A DNA stretch of 47,664 bases from Pseudobdellovibrionaceae bacterium (GTDB taxonomy: Bacteria > Bdellovibrionota > Bdellovibrionia > Bdellovibrionales > Bdellovibrionaceae), in the NCBI GenBank assembly GCA_044359815.1, contig JBIKLL010000016.1, forward strand, positions 1 to 47,664. Direction: 5' to 3'. Under the pieces are notes generated by a model, which saw nothing but the letters and a program-made list of their open reading frames with translations, was not told where the DNA came from and made no database searches. The translations under genes were made by a program, and so were the position numbers. Below are positions 1 to 9,142 of this stretch, in pieces. Every line of letters begins with the position of its first letter. The stretch's first letter is position 1.

Positions 1-90
1 TGGTGTTGAGTCATTTTATAAAAGCAAAAAAATTGCTTTTATAAAATGATTCAATACGAGAGATGAGCCCGCGGCCGTTAGCGAGTGTCT
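1..90 (+). repeat. Hairpin repeat element, copy 1 (left arm truncated by window edge): end of arm A, 17-bp perfect stem, arm B
   Basis: 11-27 tcattttataaaagcaa pairs perfectly with 33-49. Positions 52-88 match the reverse complement of 47419-47455 at 33/37, and 52-65 are identical to 47651-47664. Confidence 0.9.
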
Positions 91-124
91 AAAAATAGTA
101 AAAAAAATTATCTTTGCATTTACG

Positions 125-242
125 CATCACGAGATATGCACCGCACGCTCGCAAATGTATTCACAAAATATAGACACATAGAAATATTTTTTAAAATTCG
201 AAGTGAATGCAGCCAAGAGGCAGATTTTAGAAAATAAACCCT
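125..242 (-). repeat. Solo arm A of the same repeat family plus shared flanking sequence
   Basis: Reverse complement of 125-166 matches 47544-47585 at 36/42, of 177-217 matches 47362-47402 at 34/41, and of 221-242 matches 47487-47508 at 16/22. Confidence 0.85.
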
Positions 243-282
243 AAAATTAAGTTTTTCGAATTTATAGCAAAGAACTTTTTAG

Positions 283-1254
283 CTATTGGCCCATAATGTA
301 GGCGAAAATCAAGGGAGCGACGATGGTCGCGTCGCTTTCCACAATAAATTTTGGAGTTTCAATTTCCAGTTTTCCCCAAGTGATTTTTTCGTTGGGAACG
401 GCGCCTGAATAAGATCCAAAAGATGTCGTAGAATCTGAAATCTGACAGAAATACTTCCAACACTTTACTTCGTGGTATCCCAAATCCTGATGCAACATTG
501 GAACTACACAGATTGGAAAGTCCCCGGCGATTCCACCACCGATTTGAAAAAATCCAATGTCCGAGGCTTTAGAAGCTCCCATATACCATTCAGCAAAATA
601 GGTCATATAGTCGATGCCTGATTTCATAGTTTTTGAGCTTTTAACGTCGCCTTTGATTACGTGTCCTGCAAAAATATTTCCAGTCGTAGAATCCTCCCAG
701 CCCGGAACCACCATGGGAAGATTTTTTTCAGCAGCAGCCAGCAGCCAAGAATTTTTGGGATCGATCTGATAATGTTCTTTAAGCCTGCCACCCAATAAAA
801 TTTTATAGAAAAATTCATGGGGCAAATAGGATTTACCTTCTTTTTCGGCCAGTTGCCATTCAGACAAAATAACCTTTTCAATCCTTCTGATGGCTTCTTC
901 TTCTGGAATACAGGTGTCTGTAACCCTGTTTAAATGTTTGTCTAAAAGTTTTTGCTCATCCTGCGGAGTCAGGTCTCGGTAATTAGGGATTCTGACGTAA
1001 TGATCATGAGCCACCAAATTATAAACGTCTTCTTCTAGATTAGCTCCAGTACAAGAAATAGCGTGAACTTTATTTTGTCTGATCATTTCAGCCAATGACA
1101 GCCCTAGCTCGGCAGAAGACATGGCTCCAGCCAGTGATACCAACATCTTGCCACCCTGATCCAGGTGCTTGCGATAGGCTACAGCTGCGTCCCGCAGGGC
1201 TGCAGAATTGAAATGTCTGTAATTATGATCAATGAATTTCGAGATCGGTCCCAT
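283..1254 (-). CDS. Deoxyhypusine synthase-like protein (DHS/homospermidine synthase family)
   Basis: Motifs TGANLEED, IGGG, GSYSGAVPNEKITWGK (catalytic Lys) and ESDATIVAP; RBS aaggag upstream. Confidence 0.9.
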   Translation of the reverse strand: MGPISKFIDHNYRHFNSAALRDAAVAYRKHLDQGGKMLVSLAGAMSSAELGLSLAEMIRQNKVHAISCTGANLEEDVYNLVAHDHYVRIPNYRDLTPQDEQKLLDKHLNRVTDTCIPEEEAIRRIEKVILSEWQLAEKEGKSYLPHEFFYKILLGGRLKEHYQIDPKNSWLLAAAEKNLPMVVPGWEDSTTGNIFAGHVIKGDVKSSKTMKSGIDYMTYFAEWYMGASKASDIGFFQIGGGIAGDFPICVVPMLHQDLGYHEVKCWKYFCQISDSTTSFGSYSGAVPNEKITWGKLEIETPKFIVESDATIVAPLIFAYIMGQ

Positions 1255-1356
1255 GGTTCTCCTTAGCTGTTTTGCTGAGTCTTATATGATATCTGATTGC
1301 AAAAAACAAATAGATCGAACTGACTAAGACAGTAAAAATTCCGACCGCAAAAAAAA

Positions 1357-2235
1357 TCACTGCTCCCATGATTCCCCCGAATTTGAATCTTGATCCAAAG
1401 CCTTACGCACAACCCATGAACCCATGGCCAGACCAAAAGCTCCGGTTACGAATCCCGCATTCCCATAAATCACATTGCGCTTGTCACAGCTGTGAGGACG
1501 GTTTTCAGCATGAGGACAAACACATCTAAAACCTTCACCATTGTCATAAGTTAATTCATAAGGGTCAGTAGGGATTTCGGAACTAAACACACAGGGAATT
1601 CCAAATTCGCCTTTTTCAGGAAAACTGTATTTCTGCCTTAAGATTTTTCGAAGCTGATGAGCCATTGGATCCGTATGAGTTTCAGCCAAATCCACCAATT
1701 TAATCTGCAAAGGATCCAATCGCGCCGAGGCTCCGGTCGAAGTGATGGTCGGTATTTTCAATCTGCGCACTTCAGACAATAAAAAAGATTTTGCCGTTAA
1801 ATTATCAATAGCGTCGATTATAAAATCAGGTCTTAATCCCAACAACTCTGAACTGTTTTCCTGACTGTAAAACTCAGCAAGCCCAATCACCTGGCACTGA
1901 GGATTTATTTTCTTAAGCCGTGCCGCCATAACGTAGGCCTTTTTTTCGCCCACCATGCCGGTAATGGCATGCAACTGTCGGTTCGAATTAGTGATACAGA
2001 TTTCATCAAAATCCACCAAGGTGATTTTTCCAACGCCTGATCTGGCAATGGCCTCAGCCGCCCACGAACCAACCCCACCCAAACCTAAAACCATCACATG
2101 GGTGTTAAAAAGTTTTTTCATTTTCTGATCGCCAATTAAACGCCCCATGCGATCAAATCTTCTGTGCAGGGTGTAGTTATCCTCTGCAATTTCTTTTGGG
2201 GTTTGTTTTTTCAGATCCGGTGATTGGTTTTGCAT
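1357..2235 (-). CDS. tcdA: tRNA threonylcarbamoyladenosine dehydratase (ThiF/E1-like)
   Basis: GLGGVGSWAAEAIARSGVG, DFDEICITNSNRQ, DAID, CVFSSE and FVTGAFG motifs. Confidence 0.88.
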   Translation of the reverse strand: MQNQSPDLKKQTPKEIAEDNYTLHRRFDRMGRLIGDQKMKKLFNTHVMVLGLGGVGSWAAEAIARSGVGKITLVDFDEICITNSNRQLHAITGMVGEKKAYVMAARLKKINPQCQVIGLAEFYSQENSSELLGLRPDFIIDAIDNLTAKSFLLSEVRRLKIPTITSTGASARLDPLQIKLVDLAETHTDPMAHQLRKILRQKYSFPEKGEFGIPCVFSSEIPTDPYELTYDNGEGFRCVCPHAENRPHSCDKRNVIYGNAGFVTGAFGLAMGSWVVRKALDQDSNSGESWEQ

Positions 2236-3002
2236 GCAAAAAGAATTTCAAGATTTTTGCTGCTACTGTCAAGAATTTCTTCTGGGGAAATACCTTTGAT
2301 TTCAGCAATCTTACGAGCCACCCAAAATATAGAATCTGGCGTGTTCAAAGTGTTCTGCCAGCCGTAAGGTGCTTGATCTGGAGAATCGGATTCCACAATC
2401 AAACTTTCCAACGGAATCATGGAAACTGCCTGATGCAGGCTTTTATTGTTGGGATGACAAACCGATCCCCCAATGGATAGGTAGAGATTCTGCTTTAAAT
2501 AATATTCTGCTTGTTTGGAATTGCTACTGAATGCGTGAACCATTCCCAAGTTTTTAGGAGCCCCCCATGTCGCAAAAACTTTCTGAACTTCATCAAAAGC
2601 TCTGACCAGATGTAAAACCACGGGTTTTTGAAAGGCCTCTGCCAGTTCCAATTGCTTTTCAAAACAATCCATCTGCCGGTCAAAACTGTCTTTTACAATA
2701 TCAGGTCGCAAATCAAGACCGGTTTCCCCCAGACCATCAGCTAAATGCAGCTGTTTTGCCAATTGATCTAAGGCCGCTTCACACTCATCAACAGTGTGCT
2801 CGCTGACAAAATAGGGATGAAGCCCAAAGTTCATAAAAAAACAGCCAAATTGCTTCTGCAATTCCAGCTGACGGTTCCAATCAGCGGGATCGAATCCAGC
2901 CTGCACAAATCGCGATATCCCAAGGCTTTTACAATCATGTAAAATCTTTTTTACGTCCTTTAGTCTGGGGTCTGCCAAGTGGCAATGGCCGTCTGTGTAC
3001 AT
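2211..3002 (-). CDS. TatD family nuclease/hydrolase
   Basis: DGHCH, GLHP, GETGLD, LH, HAFS and ESDSP motifs; start moved to MYTDGHCH (ATG at 3002). Confidence 0.9.
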   Translation of the reverse strand: MYTDGHCHLADPRLKDVKKILHDCKSLGISRFVQAGFDPADWNRQLELQKQFGCFFMNFGLHPYFVSEHTVDECEAALDQLAKQLHLADGLGETGLDLRPDIVKDSFDRQMDCFEKQLELAEAFQKPVVLHLVRAFDEVQKVFATWGAPKNLGMVHAFSSNSKQAEYYLKQNLYLSIGGSVCHPNNKSLHQAVSMIPLESLIVESDSPDQAPYGWQNTLNTPDSIFWVARKIAEIKGISPEEILDSSSKNLEILFACKTNHRI

Positions 3003-3068
3003 GAAACAGATTTTCTCGACTTTCAAAATGAAAGTCAAAACGAGAAACTGATACCAAGAGGTAAACCT

Positions 3069-4079
3069 ATGAAACAACAAGCAAAGATTTGGATGGGCTT
3101 TGAAATCTTGACCGAAGCCAAACACACCTTTAAACCCAGGCTGATTCATGTATGGGGCGACAAAGAATATTCATCCAATAAACCAGAAAAACCTCTGCAT
3201 TATAAAACGGACGCACTGTTGGGATTGTCGCTGTTTAATATTAATCCCAAGCTGACCGAGGCTAACACCAATTTCACAAAAATGGCCTGGCAAAGCCTTG
3301 AGCCCCATTGGGAACTGTATCAAAGCGCTCAGGAAAGAGTGGCATCAATCAAGGGTCAGACGCAAGCGGCTCAGTCAAAATGGGCTTCATCATTTGAATC
3401 AAATTTTACCGAGATAATAAACTCATCACTGACCGAAAAAGGTCTTAATCTGAACAAATTTATCGAACTGATTGATGAAATTGATCGCTATGAAGCTCAG
3501 CTTAAATCACCGTTGATTTATAATTTCACAATTAATTTTAGCGATGAATTCACTGATAAACTGCATTTTATTTATTCGTTCTTGTTTAATTTAAGGGCCC
3601 TTGTTGGCGTGGATCACAACGCTCACATAATCGACTCAGTTCACGAATGCGTGACTGTGGATTCAATCACAGACTATGTCCCTAAGGCCGAATACGTCAC
3701 CAATGATGCCATGATATTTTATTCGTTTATGAAGCAGCTTAAAAAATCAGGCCGTCAAATGGACGCCGAATTGGATTTGGCGTTTAAAAAATACACACAC
3801 AACGGAGTCTGCTTGATCCGCAATTTGCCTAAGGATTTTTTGGCCGAGCTCACACCGACTGAGCTTGAAGAAGCTTTGTATTTGGTGCAAATGGATTGGC
3901 TGCTGGGCACTGAGGCTGGATTGTTATTCAGAATCCGCGAAGAATTGTTCGGTTTAAAATCAGGTTATGACAAAGTTTTTTGGACCCATGCTGTAGCCAG
4001 AAAAAACTCAATGCCTGCGCGATTGACTGTGAACTGCCAATTATCCGAAAAGGATCTACCAGTTACTGACGCCGCTTAA
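3069..4079 (+). CDS. Hypothetical cytoplasmic protein
   Basis: Long ORF with RBS gaggt before ATG 3069; no recognised motif. Confidence 0.75.
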   Translation: MKQQAKIWMGFEILTEAKHTFKPRLIHVWGDKEYSSNKPEKPLHYKTDALLGLSLFNINPKLTEANTNFTKMAWQSLEPHWELYQSAQERVASIKGQTQAAQSKWASSFESNFTEIINSSLTEKGLNLNKFIELIDEIDRYEAQLKSPLIYNFTINFSDEFTDKLHFIYSFLFNLRALVGVDHNAHIIDSVHECVTVDSITDYVPKAEYVTNDAMIFYSFMKQLKKSGRQMDAELDLAFKKYTHNGVCLIRNLPKDFLAELTPTELEEALYLVQMDWLLGTEAGLLFRIREELFGLKSGYDKVFWTHAVARKNSMPARLTVNCQLSEKDLPVTDAA

Positions 4080-4750
4080 CGGGCTTTATCCCCTGCTATC
4101 ATCAGCAAGGAATAAATCTTTTTAAGTGCCAAAAATCCCAGGATAAATAAGCCCAGTATCGCCAATACAATCTTGAACCGGTAAATCAGCGACAGAATGT
4201 CCTGCCCGTAAAAATAAAGTAGCAACACTTGAGTGGGCACACTGATCAGGGCCGCCACACCATCGACGGCAATAAATTTCCATAACGGCATATTGGACAT
4301 CCCTAAAAATATATGTGCTGGAAACCTAATACCAGGAGTGAATCTAAAAATAAAAGTCGCGTATATGCCGTACTTTTTTGTAAATTTCTGAATGCGCTCA
4401 TTGACCTTATCATTAAAAATCTGTTTAAAAAAATTCCACTTTATAATTTTACGCCCAAAAGTCCTACCCAGAAAAAACACAAAGGTATCCGCAAACAAAA
4501 CAGCAAAAGTCGTAAAGGCTGCGGCCTCATAAGCATTGACGACCGGTGCCCCCTGAAATGGTGGTGGAAATAATTCAGGATTGGCACCCATAAAAGCAAT
4601 AAAACCCACGGACATGATTGTGACTTCCTCGGGTAGTGGAAATCCAAATCCGCTGGCCATCATCATGGCAAACACCATCAGATAAACAACATGGGGTTGA
4701 TAAGCGTATTGAGCCAACCATTGAAAAGCAGGATCTTGAGTAAAATTCAT
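4076..4750 (-). CDS. DedA family membrane protein
   Basis: GFPLPEE, D..FFLGR.FG and FRFTPGIR motifs with hydrophobic segments. Confidence 0.9.
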   Translation of the reverse strand: MNFTQDPAFQWLAQYAYQPHVVYLMVFAMMMASGFGFPLPEEVTIMSVGFIAFMGANPELFPPPFQGAPVVNAYEAAAFTTFAVLFADTFVFFLGRTFGRKIIKWNFFKQIFNDKVNERIQKFTKKYGIYATFIFRFTPGIRFPAHIFLGMSNMPLWKFIAVDGVAALISVPTQVLLLYFYGQDILSLIYRFKIVLAILGLFILGFLALKKIYSLLMIAGDKAR

Positions 4751-4815
4751 TGAAGAAATACTAGCACTTTATTTTTGTATTGAAGACCTTCGTTGCAACG
4801 TGCTAGTCCACCTTT

Positions 4816-5694
4816 ATGCATGAATCAAGGGGTTACGAATACGGTGTGAAGCACCTTCTGGCGCAAAGCTCGGGACAATTGTCTTGTGTGATAAAAAATC
4901 AATTGCAAATTAATGCTGACGAATTCCTGAAACTGCTTACTTTAGGCGCTATCTATTTTAAGGAACATCGAATTCAAGATGACGTGTCTGCCATAAAAGG
5001 TGACTACGTTCGCGTGCATCAGAAACCCAGAAGATTCCCTGTTCATTTATTTAAAAACGCTGAAAACTTGGTATTTGAAAACAATGATTTCGTAGTGATC
5101 AATAAACCCTCGGGGATTCCAACTCACGCGACCGTTGATAATCTGCAAGAAAATGCGCATTTTCTGACCGAGAATTTTTTGAAAACAAAATTACACGTCA
5201 CTCACAGATTGGACGTAGCCACTTCGGGCCTTTTGGTGTTTGCAAAAACCAAAGAATTTCAAATTTTCTTTAACGATTTATTATTTAACAGAAAAGTTCA
5301 AAAAATTTACAGAGCCTTGGTGGCAAAAACATATGATGGCCCTCTGGAACTGACTCATTACATGAGACCATCACCCAAAGCTCCAAAGTTTGTGAGCCTT
5401 ATTTCAGAACCTGGTTGGGCTAAATGCCATTTAAAAATTTTAAACACTCAACAATTACAATCCGGCAAAACACTGCTGACTATCAATTTGACCACTGGCA
5501 GAACCCATCAAATCAGAGCCCAGCTGTCAGCAATGGGATACCCTATCATAGGTGATAAATCCTATGGCTCTACGCTGATTGTTAATCCTGAATACGAATC
5601 AATCCGCCTAGAAGCCTGTTTTATTGAATTTGAAGGACTTTGCAAAAAGGTTTTTAGATTTAAACTGCCAATCTGTTCTGATTGGGAAATTTAA
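4816..5694 (+). CDS. RluA family pseudouridine synthase
   Basis: NKPSG, HRLDVATSG (catalytic Asp), TGRTHQIR and IIGDKSYG motifs. Confidence 0.92.
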   Translation: MHESRGYEYGVKHLLAQSSGQLSCVIKNQLQINADEFLKLLTLGAIYFKEHRIQDDVSAIKGDYVRVHQKPRRFPVHLFKNAENLVFENNDFVVINKPSGIPTHATVDNLQENAHFLTENFLKTKLHVTHRLDVATSGLLVFAKTKEFQIFFNDLLFNRKVQKIYRALVAKTYDGPLELTHYMRPSPKAPKFVSLISEPGWAKCHLKILNTQQLQSGKTLLTINLTTGRTHQIRAQLSAMGYPIIGDKSYGSTLIVNPEYESIRLEACFIEFEGLCKKVFRFKLPICSDWEI

Positions 5695-5753
5695 ATTGCT
5701 CTTAAAATTCTAAATCGCTAAATTTGTGGGCAAGTCTTTGGGGGGACTTTTCT

Positions 5754-6926
5754 ATGAAAAATCTTTTTATTATTTTGATCACAATGTCTTTTTTGGGTGG
5801 ACTGATTTCTTGCACCCCTTCGGACTCAAATCCTGCGCAACCCCCTACAGCACAGCAGGAAGAGGAAGAAATTTTTCCTGAAAACAGTCTGAGAGTTTCA
5901 GTGATGGCCTATAATCTGGAAAATCTTTTTGATACGGTTAAAGACCCCCAATCAGATTTTACCTTTTTACCCTTGTCTGAAAAACAAAATGATCCCGAAG
6001 TTCAAGCCTACTGTGACCGCCAAAATGGTTTTTATAAAAAGCTATGCTACGAATTGGATTGGTCAGAGCAAGCTCTGGACGCAAAGCTGGAACGGATCAA
6101 AGACACCATTCAACACGCTCTTCCTACCAAGGGCGGACCTGACATAGTGATGGTTGAAGAAGTTGAAAATTTAAATGTGTTAAGACTGCTTCAGAAAAAG
6201 CTTTCAGGATCAGGATATAAAAATGCCGTACTGCTTGACGGCGACGATCAACGGGGCATTGACGTGGGTTTGTTGACACGATTTGATCTGGCAGGCTTTC
6301 CGGTTTTACACCGTTTGAAATTTGAAAACCGCCATGGCAGCGAAAACTTCAAACAGCTTTTGACCCGAGGCATTTTAGAAGTTCCCATTTTGCTGCCAAC
6401 CGGACAAAGACTTTATGCCTTTGCTTTGCATTTTCCGTCACAAGCCAATGATCATCAATACCGTTCACAGGCCGTCGAACAGCTCAATGAAATCATGAAA
6501 TCAAAAGGCCCTAATGCCTTGGTGGTAGCTGGTGGTGATTTTAATATTATCAAAAAGGACTCAAACAAGAAACCCGCTTTATTTGAAGAAGTGCTGGGAA
6601 GCAATTGGTTTATCACGCATTTAGATGCTTGCAGAAATTGCGAGGGCTCGCACTATTACAAACAACGCCGGGGCAACGACTGGAACGGCACATGGGATTT
6701 TTTAGACGCCTTGTTGTTTCCAAAAAGCTGGGGTGGCAAAGAATCAAAAATACGAGTCAGTCGTAAATCTGTACGCGTGGTGAATACAGGTAAATATCAA
6801 TCTGAATGGGACTCTGATGTGAAAGCACAGGTTCCTGCTCGATTTGAATACCCTGGTAACAATGGGGTATCTGATCATTTTCCTATTTATGCTGAATTTT
6901 ATTTGCCGTTTGAATCCAAACATTAA
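5754..6926 (+). CDS. Exported endonuclease/exonuclease/phosphatase (EEP) family lipoprotein
   Basis: Lipobox LISC; YNLENLFD, EVEN, DQRGIDV, HFPS, GDFN and SDHFP motifs. Confidence 0.88.
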   Translation: MKNLFIILITMSFLGGLISCTPSDSNPAQPPTAQQEEEEIFPENSLRVSVMAYNLENLFDTVKDPQSDFTFLPLSEKQNDPEVQAYCDRQNGFYKKLCYELDWSEQALDAKLERIKDTIQHALPTKGGPDIVMVEEVENLNVLRLLQKKLSGSGYKNAVLLDGDDQRGIDVGLLTRFDLAGFPVLHRLKFENRHGSENFKQLLTRGILEVPILLPTGQRLYAFALHFPSQANDHQYRSQAVEQLNEIMKSKGPNALVVAGGDFNIIKKDSNKKPALFEEVLGSNWFITHLDACRNCEGSHYYKQRRGNDWNGTWDFLDALLFPKSWGGKESKIRVSRKSVRVVNTGKYQSEWDSDVKAQVPARFEYPGNNGVSDHFPIYAEFYLPFESKH

Positions 6927-8040
6927 AAAATGTTTTTAACCCACCATTTGAGACTGGATGACAGCTTTCAATCTGCCATCCAGAAAAATGATTTTTCCTA
7001 AAATCTTCCGGAAACAATATTCCAATTTTTTCTGCACCTAAGGTCTGAGCCTTCTGCAGTATATGCTCGACTGCGGCTCCTTGCTTGAGCCTTTCCCCAT
7101 AAGGAGGATTCAAAATAATCCAAAGCTTTTTAGGATCCAGTGAACTGAGATCGCCATGAACTGTAAATAAATTTTCTTTCTCCAATTTAAAATAATCTTG
7201 ATTGATCAAAAAAATATCCAAACCCTTGCAGTTCTCCTGCAATGAACTGAATGTCTGCGGGGAAATTTCATTAGAAAATATTTTGTGATAACGCTTAGGT
7301 TTTTCCAAATAATTATTGAACAATAAATCCATTTTAAACATTTTGGGGACATTTTTAAATTTCTGAAATGCAAATTCTCTGGCTGCTGGTTTATGGCTTG
7401 TGGCTATTTCAATCCCCAAGGTTCCAGACCCGCTCATCAGATCCGCCCAAGTAACAAGGGTCCCCTGTTCATTCCGAAGCATCTGTCTGATCATAAACTG
7501 AGCGATTGTTGATCGCAAAGGAGCTTCTGCTGATAAAGGCTTGTTCCCGCGAAAGTGCAAATGCTCACCGCTGGTGTCCAAACTTATGGTCACTTGGTTT
7601 CTGAAAACTCTCAGATAAACTTTTTGTAAAAACTGGTTTCCAGATGGTTTGTCGAAAATCTTGCTGGTGATTTCTTGGACCTTTTTTTCGTTATTGATCA
7701 CAGACTCTGCACAGCTGATTTTGAAATCAAAATCAGCTCCAAAAGCCCGCAAATCCTTCTGAGCCTCACCTAGCTTTCGCATAAATTTGCTAAAATCTGT
7801 GCAGGTAAAATCACTCACCCTCAACAGAACTCTGTGAGCTAATCTGGAAAAATAATTTATTTGATAACCTAAATGCAGTTCGGCTTCGATCTCAATCCCG
7901 CCTTTGATTTTGTTGATTAATCGGAACGGCTGATTGTTTTCACGTAAATTTTGATTCAGTAAAAAGGGCCAAACTTCCTGCAATTCAGCCAAAAGCTCGT
8001 CCTCAAATCCAATGGCTGTTGAAACAAAAAACTTATTCAT
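6883..8040 (-). CDS. THUMP-domain rRNA methyltransferase (RlmL-like)
   Basis: SLDTSGEHLHFRG, APLR, DLMSGSGT and NPPYGERL motifs. Confidence 0.85.
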   Translation of the reverse strand: MNKFFVSTAIGFEDELLAELQEVWPFLLNQNLRENNQPFRLINKIKGGIEIEAELHLGYQINYFSRLAHRVLLRVSDFTCTDFSKFMRKLGEAQKDLRAFGADFDFKISCAESVINNEKKVQEITSKIFDKPSGNQFLQKVYLRVFRNQVTISLDTSGEHLHFRGNKPLSAEAPLRSTIAQFMIRQMLRNEQGTLVTWADLMSGSGTLGIEIATSHKPAAREFAFQKFKNVPKMFKMDLLFNNYLEKPKRYHKIFSNEISPQTFSSLQENCKGLDIFLINQDYFKLEKENLFTVHGDLSSLDPKKLWIILNPPYGERLKQGAAVEHILQKAQTLGAEKIGILFPEDFRKNHFSGWQIESCHPVSNGGLKTFFNVWIQTANKIQHK

Positions 8041-9142
8041 GCCGCTCTAACCAGATCAGTAAACCCAGACTGCAGGAACCAAACAACGCACTCATCATAA
8101 ATGCAATCTGAATCCCAAACCAGTCGGTCAACACCCCCGCCGCCAGGTGCATAGTCACAATTACCACAGAGGAAGCCGTAACCGCAAAACCTGTGATTTT
8201 AGGAAGATTTTTTTTGAAACTGGCTCCGGCAAACGCCATCGCCATGGGATAAAAAGGCGCTAATAAAAATCCACTTAAAACAAATCCCCAAGGAGTAACC
8301 AGGATCCCCACAAAAATACTGACCACTGTTAAAAATATCGAAGCCATCATTTGATAAATTATAAATAGTTTAATTGGCATCAATGCAAACAACAGTCTGC
8401 CCAAAAATAACAGCAGAAAAAACCAAGTCGTCATATTGTTGGCTTCCACCATTGAAAGCCCTAAAACCGATCTTAAGTACAGTGGCAGCCTGGTCATAAT
8501 CAACAGCTCCACGGCCACGTAACAAGCCAACATCCAACAGAATAAATATTCCTTAAAATTCAGCTTGCTGTATTGTGACTGCAGATATTCAGCAGGATCC
8601 TTCCAATTGAAAATATAAATAGATCCCAAAAAGATAAAACAAATAACCGCAACAATCAGAAAGCTGGTTCGCCAATTATCAGATTGCCCTGCCACCAGAT
8701 TGACAAACACAGGGGCTGCAAAACTGGCCAAACCATACATGGCGTGCAAACCCGACATCAGTTGTGATCGATTTTTGGTGTTTGAATAATAGTTAACCAT
8801 CACATTTTCGACCACATTCAAAACACCAAAGCTGATTCCCAGCAAAAATGACCCACAAAGCACGGCCACAAAGGAACCGCCAAGCCCTATGATCAAAGCG
8901 GCCATTGCCATAAACAAGGTTCCAATTTTTAAAGCATGCTGGGTTTGTTTGGCGTGAATCAATTTACCGCCAAAACTGCCTCCAAAAAATCCCGCCGCTG
9001 AGCAAGATGCGAAAAACAAAGACCCTATGGTTTGAGACACTTGAAAATCCGCTGTGATTTCTGGATAAAGCGGGCCCCTGATACAGTCGATAAGACCCAA
9101 AACAAATAAACTTACGTACGCATATATTAGAGGAATCATCAC
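8033..9142 (-). CDS. MFS transporter
   Basis: About 12 hydrophobic segments; LHAMYGLASF and YVAVE motifs resemble FucP/TsgA-type MFS. Confidence 0.85.
   Translation of the reverse strand: MMIPLIYAYVSLFVLGLIDCIRGPLYPEITADFQVSQTIGSLFFASCSAAGFFGGSFGGKLIHAKQTQHALKIGTLFMAMAALIIGLGGSFVAVLCGSFLLGISFGVLNVVENVMVNYYSNTKNRSQLMSGLHAMYGLASFAAPVFVNLVAGQSDNWRTSFLIVAVICFIFLGSIYIFNWKDPAEYLQSQYSKLNFKEYLFCWMLACYVAVELLIMTRLPLYLRSVLGLSMVEANNMTTWFFLLLFLGRLLFALMPIKLFIIYQMMASIFLTVVSIFVGILVTPWGFVLSGFLLAPFYPMAMAFAGASFKKNLPKITGFAVTASSVVIVTMHLAAGVLTDWFGIQIAFMMSALFGSCSLGLLIWLERHE

Noticed and set aside
11..49. Simple rho-independent terminator
   Set aside because: The stem is AT-rich without a following U-tract and is embedded in a larger conserved repeat, so it is treated as part of that element.
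1..250. CRISPR array
   Set aside because: The repeats are of two types in mixed orientation with irregular spacing and self-complementary cores, and no cas genes are present.
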